A stretch of DNA of 64,000 nucleotides. Origin: Occultella glacieicola (GTDB lineage: Bacteria > Actinomycetota > Actinomycetes > Actinomycetales > Beutenbergiaceae). The notes under the pieces were generated by a model, which was not told the origin of the DNA, made no database searches, and saw only the letters and a program-made list of their open reading frames with translations. This document shows positions 58,369 through 64,000 of the stretch, piece after piece. The stretch lies in the NCBI RefSeq assembly GCF_004353825.1, contig NZ_SMNA01000005.1, positions 124,001 to 188,000 of the forward strand. Direction: 5' to 3'. The translations under genes and the position numbers were made by a program. The first letter of the stretch is position 1. Each line of letters starts with the position of its first letter.

Positions 58369-61182
58369 ATGACCGCACGCCCGGTGGCACTCGATGCCGA
58401 GGCACCACGTGGCACGTCCTTCGTCGCCACGCCGACGCCCCGGCTGAGCTGGCGGACCGAGACCGAGACACCTGACTGGACCCAGACCGCCGCGGAGGTC
58501 GAGCTCAGTTCGGCGGGTCAGACCCGCACGGCCACGGTCGACTCGAGCGACTCGGTGCTCGTGCCGTGGCCGTTCGAGGCGTTGGCGCCCGGCCAGGACG
58601 CCGCGGTGCGGGTGCGGGTCACCGGCTCGGACGGGGTCACCTCCGACTGGAGCGAGCCCCTGACCGTGCGCGCCGGCTTCCTCCCCGAGGGCGGCTGGCG
58701 CGCCGAGCCGATCGGGCTCACCTCGCCGACCAGGCCGGCCGAGCCGGGCCTGGTCCGGACCGAGTTCGACCTGCCCGCACCGGTCCGCCGCGCCACCCTG
58801 TTCGCCACCGCCACCGGCGCCTACCAGGTCGCCGTGAACGGCACCGACGTCGACGACCAGGTGCTCAAGCCGGGCTGGACGCCCTACCAGTACCGGCTCA
58901 TCCACGAGACGACCGACGTGACCGCCCTCCTCGCCCAGGGCCGCAACGCCGTCGGGATCCGGTTCGCCGGCGCCTGGGCCACCGAGCTGTTCGGCTTCCG
59001 CGCGAACGCCCGCCGCGTCTACGCCGAGCAGCCGTCGGTCGCGCTCCAACTGATCGTCGAGCACACCGACGGGACCACCACCGAGATCGTCACCAACGGC
59101 ACTGACGGCACTTGGCGGGCCGGCCACGGACCGATCACCGCGAGCGGGATCTACGCGGGCGAGTCCCACGACGCGCGGCTGGACCTGCCGGGCTGGTCCG
59201 CCGTCGGCTTCGACGACGGCGGATGGTCGCCGGCGCACCCGGCGGAACCGACGCTCGTCCCCGAGCCGCGCACGTCGCCGCCGGTGCGACGGATCGAACA
59301 GCTCGCCGTCGTCGAGGTGATCACCACCCCGTCCGGGCGGACCGTGCTGGACTTCGGGCAGAACCTGGTCGGGCGGCTACGGCTCACGGTGAGCGGCCCG
59401 GCCGGGCACACGATCACCCTGCGGCACGCGGAGGTCCTCGAGGACGGCGAACTCGGGGTGCGCCCGCTGCGCGCGGCGGCCGCCACGGACACCCTGATCC
59501 TCGCCGGGGTCGGCGAGCAGGTCTGGGAGCCCGAGTTCAGTTTCCACGGGTTCCGGTACGCCGAGGTGGACGGCTGGCCGGGCGAGTTCGACCCAGCGGC
59601 GGTCGTGGCCGTGGTGATCCACAGCGACATGGAGCGCACCGGCTGGTTCACGAGCTCGCACGACCTGGTCGACCGGCTGCACGAGAACGTGGTCTGGGGC
59701 CAGCGCGGCAACTTCCTCTACGTGCCCACCGACTGCCCGCAGCGGGACGAGCGGCTCGGCTGGACCGGGGACATCCAGGTGTTCGCCCCGACCGCGAGCT
59801 TCCTGTTCGACTCCCGGACGTTCCTGTCCTCCTGGCTCACCGACCTCGCCCTCGAGCAGCGTGGCGCGGACGGCGTGGTGCCGTTCATCGTGCCGAACGT
59901 GCTCGGCCCGGCCCGCCCGGCCGCGGCCTGGGGCGACGCCGCGACCGTGGTCCCGACGGTGCTGTTGGAGCGGTTCGCCGACCGGCGCACCCTCGAGGCC
60001 CAGTACTCCTCGATGACGGCGTGGACCGACCTGCTGCTCGGCCTCGCCGGCGAACGCCACCTCTGGGAGGGGCGGTTCCAGTTCGGGGACTGGCTGGACC
60101 CGAGCGCCCCGCCGGACCGGCCCGCCGAGGCCAAGGCCCACCCCGACCTCGTCGCGACCGCGCACGTGTTCCGGTCCGCGGACCTGACCGCCCGGGCCGC
60201 CGCCGAGTTGGGCCGCGAGGCGGACGCCGTCGCCTATCGGGAGCACGCCGAGCAGGTCCAGGCCGCGTTCCTGGCCGAGTACGTCACCCCGGCCGGGCGG
60301 ATGATGTCGGACGCGCAGACCTCCTATGCGCTGGCCCTGGTGTTCGACATCGCGCCGCCGGACCAGCACGCCGCCCTGGGCGCCCGCCTGGCCGACCTGG
60401 TCCGGGAGAACGGCTACCGGATCGGCACCGGGTTCGTCGGCACCCCGATCATCGCCGACGCCCTGACCCGGACCGGCCACCTGGACGTGGCCGCGCGGCT
60501 GCTCACCCAGACCGAGTGCCCGTCCTGGCTGTACCCGGTCACGATGGGCGCCACCACGGTCTGGGAGCGCTGGGACAGCATGCTCCCGGACGGCTCCATC
60601 AACCCCGGCCAGATGACGTCGTTCAACCACTACGCGCTCGGGGCCATCGCCGACTGGCTCCACCGCACCGTGGCCGGCCTGGCGCCCGCCGAGCCGGGCT
60701 ACCGCACCCTGGACGTGCGGCCGCGGCCGCTGCCCGGCTTCACCCACGCCCGGGCCGAGCACCGAACGCCCCACGGAACGGCCGCCGTCGGGTGGTCACG
60801 CGAGGGCGAAACGCTGACCGTGACGGCAACCGTGCCGCCGAACACCCGGGCCCGGGTGGTCCTGCCGGGCACGGACGAGGAACTGACGGTCGGCTCCGGC
60901 ACCCACTCCTGGTCGGTGCCCGCGCCGGCGCCGGCGCGGACACCGGGGCCGGTGGACCTGGACACGAGTCTGGCGGCCGTCATCGACGACGAGGAGGCGT
61001 ACGCGACGCTGCTCCGAGTGCTCGGCGAGGACAGCCCGGAGGCCGCCGAGGCGGTCCGCACCCATACCGCCTGGGTGCCGGGCCGGACCCTCGGCGAACG
61101 CCTGGAGATGGCCGCCGGCGGGGCCACGAAGGACCGGCTCGCCGAGGCCTACGCGCAACTGAGCGCGGCCCGCGGCCACTGA
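58369..61182 (+). CDS. Alpha-L-rhamnosidase (GH78), no signal peptide
   Basis: DFGQNLVG, FHGFRY, PTDCPQRDERLGWTGD, GATTVWERWD, SFNHYA. Confidence 0.96.
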   Translation: MTARPVALDAEAPRGTSFVATPTPRLSWRTETETPDWTQTAAEVELSSAGQTRTATVDSSDSVLVPWPFEALAPGQDAAVRVRVTGSDGVTSDWSEPLTVRAGFLPEGGWRAEPIGLTSPTRPAEPGLVRTEFDLPAPVRRATLFATATGAYQVAVNGTDVDDQVLKPGWTPYQYRLIHETTDVTALLAQGRNAVGIRFAGAWATELFGFRANARRVYAEQPSVALQLIVEHTDGTTTEIVTNGTDGTWRAGHGPITASGIYAGESHDARLDLPGWSAVGFDDGGWSPAHPAEPTLVPEPRTSPPVRRIEQLAVVEVITTPSGRTVLDFGQNLVGRLRLTVSGPAGHTITLRHAEVLEDGELGVRPLRAAAATDTLILAGVGEQVWEPEFSFHGFRYAEVDGWPGEFDPAAVVAVVIHSDMERTGWFTSSHDLVDRLHENVVWGQRGNFLYVPTDCPQRDERLGWTGDIQVFAPTASFLFDSRTFLSSWLTDLALEQRGADGVVPFIVPNVLGPARPAAAWGDAATVVPTVLLERFADRRTLEAQYSSMTAWTDLLLGLAGERHLWEGRFQFGDWLDPSAPPDRPAEAKAHPDLVATAHVFRSADLTARAAAELGREADAVAYREHAEQVQAAFLAEYVTPAGRMMSDAQTSYALALVFDIAPPDQHAALGARLADLVRENGYRIGTGFVGTPIIADALTRTGHLDVAARLLTQTECPSWLYPVTMGATTVWERWDSMLPDGSINPGQMTSFNHYALGAIADWLHRTVAGLAPAEPGYRTLDVRPRPLPGFTHARAEHRTPHGTAAVGWSREGETLTVTATVPPNTRARVVLPGTDEELTVGSGTHSWSVPAPAPARTPGPVDLDTSLAAVIDDEEAYATLLRVLGEDSPEAAEAVRTHTAWVPGRTLGERLEMAAGGATKDRLAEAYAQLSAARGH

Positions 61183-61218
61183 GCCGACGACCGGCGGCGA
61201 CCTCCCCGCCCCATGCAA

Positions 61219-61262
61219 CGACCGCCGTCGGCCCGGCTTGAAAGGCGGGCCGACGGCGGTCG
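61219..61262. terminator. Strong hairpin between convergent genes
   Basis: CGACCGCCGTCGGCCCG...CGGGCCGACGGCGGTCG, 17-bp perfect stem. Confidence 0.8.
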
Positions 61263-61299
61263 GTGCGTACGGCGGTCGCGGCTGCGACGGCGGGGCTGC

Positions 61300-62163
61300 T
61301 CAGGCGAGGTGGGCGGGCTTGCCCCAGGTCACGTTGTCCGGGTCGCCGCCGTAGCGGTGGCCCCGGTCGAGACCCGCGATCCGGGCGAGGTCGTCGTCGG
61401 TGAGCCGCACGTCCGCGGCCGCGAGGTTCTCCGCGATCCGCGACGGCGTGACGGACTTCGGGATCACCACGTTGCCGACGGCCAGGTGCCAGGCGAGCAC
61501 CACCTGGGCTGGGGTGGCCTGGTGCGCGGCGGCGATCTCGGCGAACACCGGGTCCTCGAGCAGTCCGCGGCCGGAACCGAGCGGGGACCAGGCCTCGGTG
61601 GCGATGTGGTGCTCGGCGTGGAACGCCTTGAGCTCGTTCTGCTGCAGGTAGGGGTGCGACTCGACCTGGTTCAGCACCGGGGTGACACCGGTCTCGCCGA
61701 TGATCCGCTCCAGGTGCGGGACCTGGAAGTTCGAGACACCGATCGAGCGGACCCGGCCCTCGTTCAGCAGGGTGACGAACGCCTTCCAGGTGGCCGAGTA
61801 CTGGTCCCAGGCCGGCGCGGCCCAGTGGATCAGGTACAGGTCCACGGTCTCGAGGCCGAGCTTGGCCAGGCTCTCGTCGTAGGCGCGCAGGGTGGAGTCG
61901 TAGCCCTGGTCCGGGTTGTTCAGCTTCGTGGTCACGTACACCTCGTCGCGGGCGAGCCCGGACTCGGCGATCGCGCGGCCCACGCCGGCCTCGTTGCCGT
62001 AGGCGGCGGCGGTGTCGATCAGGCGGTAGCCGACGCGCAGGGCCTCGGCGACGGCGGTGGTCGCCTCGTCGTCGGGCACCTGCCAGACGCCGAACCCGAG
62101 CTGGGGGATGGTCGATCCGTCGGAGAGGCTGTGGGCTGGGACGTTCGCGGGGTAACTGGTCAC
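61300..62163 (-). CDS. Aldo/keto reductase (2,5-DKG reductase-like)
   Basis: LGFGVW, GYRLIDTAAAYGNE, DLYLIHW, IGVSNF, IPKS. Confidence 0.95.
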   Translation of the reverse strand: MTSYPANVPAHSLSDGSTIPQLGFGVWQVPDDEATTAVAEALRVGYRLIDTAAAYGNEAGVGRAIAESGLARDEVYVTTKLNNPDQGYDSTLRAYDESLAKLGLETVDLYLIHWAAPAWDQYSATWKAFVTLLNEGRVRSIGVSNFQVPHLERIIGETGVTPVLNQVESHPYLQQNELKAFHAEHHIATEAWSPLGSGRGLLEDPVFAEIAAAHQATPAQVVLAWHLAVGNVVIPKSVTPSRIAENLAAADVRLTDDDLARIAGLDRGHRYGGDPDNVTWGKPAHLA

Positions 62164-62297
62164 GGTCCACCAGCCTAGCGCCGGGTGTCCGTGGGCTGCA
62201 TCGCGGGCCACCCCGGGCGATCGGACCCGCGGCTCTGAGATCGCCCCTGCGCACGTCCGATCTCAGTGCGGCGGGTGCGAGGTGACGCCGGGGGGGT

Positions 62298-62975
62298 TCA
62301 GCTCCGCGGGATCCAGCGACGACCCATCTCCTCGGACGTCGGCCCCGGCCCCGGGAGGTCGGCCGCGCCGCGGCCGGTCGCCCCCGGCGGGGCGCCATCG
62401 CCGGCAACTCCGTCGAACCAGATGGTCAGGTACCGGTGCCGCAACTGCCGGGTGCGCTCGTCGTCCGGCCCGAGCACCGCGGTGACCTGGTCGAAGAGCA
62501 GGGTGAGGTCCTCGGCCACGAGGCCCGCTCGGAGCACTCCGGCCGTGCGGGCTGCCTCGAAGATCCGCACGCCGAGCGCGGAGGCATCGCCGGCGAGCCG
62601 CCCCAGGTCCTCCGAGGGTGTGAACGTGCCCGCCAGGTTCACGGTGAGCGCGTGCACGTCCGCATCGATGATGCCGGTGACGAACTCGGTGAGGGTGGTC
62701 CACGGGTCCGCGCCGGCGTCGAGGCACTCCTGCGCGATCCGCGCGAAGCGTTCGAGACCGTCCGCACAGAGCCGGCGCACCAGGTCCTCCTTGCCCTCGT
62801 AGCGGTGGTACAGGGCGCTGATCCCGACCCCCGCCTCCTTCGCGACCGCCGACATGGGAGCGGCCGCGTCCCTGAGGAACACCGTGCGCGCTGCGGCCAG
62901 GATCAGGCGGTCGTTGCGGGCGGCCTGGGCACGCCGGCCGCTCAACGCGGGCGTGGGGGTCTCGATCGGATCCAT
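62298..62975 (-). CDS. TetR/AcrR family regulator
   Basis: ARNDRLILAAA, MSAVAKEAGVGISALYHRY. Confidence 0.92.
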   Translation of the reverse strand: MDPIETPTPALSGRRAQAARNDRLILAAARTVFLRDAAAPMSAVAKEAGVGISALYHRYEGKEDLVRRLCADGLERFARIAQECLDAGADPWTTLTEFVTGIIDADVHALTVNLAGTFTPSEDLGRLAGDASALGVRIFEAARTAGVLRAGLVAEDLTLLFDQVTAVLGPDDERTRQLRHRYLTIWFDGVAGDGAPPGATGRGAADLPGPGPTSEEMGRRWIPRS

Positions 62976-62997
62976 GGTTGCCACCCTAACGCCTTGT

Positions 62998-63050
62998 GCG
63001 GAACGGATCATTCCGTTACACTCGATCTCAGCGGAACAAATCGTTCCGTT
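62998..63050. promoter_or_regulatory. Two TetR-type operators (CGGAAC-N5-(A/G)TTCCG) flanking -10 TACACT
   Basis: At 62998-63017 and 63031-63050. Confidence 0.75.
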
Positions 63051-63070
63051 CCAACTTTGAGGAGAGTCCG

Positions 63071-64000
63071 ATGACCGCATCCGAGATCACCCCCGCCACG
63101 ATCGACATCCCGCAGGCGGACCTCGACGATCTGGCGGACCGACTGGCCCGGACCCGCTGGGTGGACGAGATCGAGGGCTCCGGCTCCGAGTACGGCACCA
63201 GCCTGGCCCAGGTGCGCGAGTGGGCCGAGTACTGGCGCACCTCCTTCGACTGGCGTGCGGTCGAGGCGCGGCTGAACGCCTACCCGCAGTTCACCACCGA
63301 GATCGACGGGCAGCGCATCCACTTCCTGCACGTGCGCTCTCCCCGCCCGGACGCGACCGCGCTGATCCTGACGCACGGGTGGCCGGGCTCGGTCCTGGAA
63401 TACCTGGACGTGATCGATCCGCTCGTCGCCGCCGGGTTCGACCTGGTCATCCCGTCGCTGCCCGGATTCGGCTTCTCCGGGCCCACCACCGAGCGCGGCT
63501 GGGGCGTGCACCGCACCGCCGCCGCCTGGGTGGAGCTGATGCGCCGGCTCGGCTACGAGCGGTACGGGGCGGTGGGCAACGACGCCGGCTCGATGATCTC
63601 GCCCGAGGTGGGCCGGCTCGCCCCGGAATCCGTGATCGGGGTGCACGTCACCCAGTTGTTCTCGTTCCCCTCCGGCGACCCGGCCGAGCTGGCGGACCTG
63701 ACGGCGCAGGAGCAGGCCGGCATGGAACGGCTGAGCTGGTTCTGGGAGAACATGGGCGCCTTCAACCTGATCCAGACCCAGGCCCCACAGACGCTGGCGC
63801 ACGCCCTCGCCGACTCCCCGGTCGGCCTGCTCGGCTGGAACGGGCAGCTGCTCGTGGGGCTCGACCCGGAGTTCGTGGTCGCGAACGTGGCGCTGTACTG
63901 GCTCACCGGCACCAGCGGCTCCTCGATCCGGATGTACCGGGAGATGGCCGGCGACCCCAAGCCCGAGGGGCAGACCACCGCGCCGACGGCGCTGGCCGCG
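63071..64000 (+). CDS. Epoxide hydrolase (EHN family), truncated by the window end
   Basis: Manual translation: DLADRLARTRW, FDWRAVE, HGWPGS, PSLPGFGFS, nucleophile motif GNDAG; RBS GAGGAG. Confidence 0.93.
   Translation, partial: MTASEITPATIDIPQADLDDLADRLARTRWVDEIEGSGSEYGTSLAQVREWAEYWRTSFDWRAVEARLNAYPQFTTEIDGQRIHFLHVRSPRPDATALILTHGWPGSVLEYLDVIDPLVAAGFDLVIPSLPGFGFSGPTTERGWGVHRTAAAWVELMRRLGYERYGAVGNDAGSMISPEVGRLAPESVIGVHVTQLFSFPSGDPAELADLTAQEQAGMERLSWFWENMGAFNLIQTQAPQTLAHALADSPVGLLGWNGQLLVGLDPEFVVANVALYWLTGTSGSSIRMYREMAGDPKPEGQTTAPTALAA

Overview
High-GC actinobacterial chromosomal segment, probably Micrococcales. It follows the conserved backbone mfd - pth - rplY - prs - glmU - tRNA-Gln - TetR ... 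ispE - rsmA - rpfB - tatD - metG ... rsmI - pmt, interrupted by accessory genes. The largest accessory block lies between metG and rsmI (about 30.3-51.2 kb). It holds a 1500-aa secreted S8 protease divergent from an OmpR/PhoB-type winged-helix regulator that has only a degenerate partial receiver domain; the two genes are separated by an exactly 11-bp-phased array of CTGA repeats, which is the best candidate here for an undescribed system. The block also holds mazEF and vapBC toxin-antitoxin pairs (vapBC is bracketed by a duplicated 3' end of the neighbouring SDR gene), a folE / FAD reductase / FolP2-type / RibD_C pterin cluster with a Cys-rich regulator, and a convergently overlapping two-component system. 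Elsewhere there are two tandem cell-wall lytic genes with matching candidate MtrA-like and CRP-like promoter sites, a candidate structured rplY leader, a fused orphan ABC-permease-like protein, two frameshifted pseudogenes (DUF6777-like and HNH), and a rhamnoside ABC / GH78 locus with an appended nucleotidyltransferase. I saw no CRISPR array, rRNA, integrase or intact transposase. All family calls come from motif recognition by eye; no database search was run.
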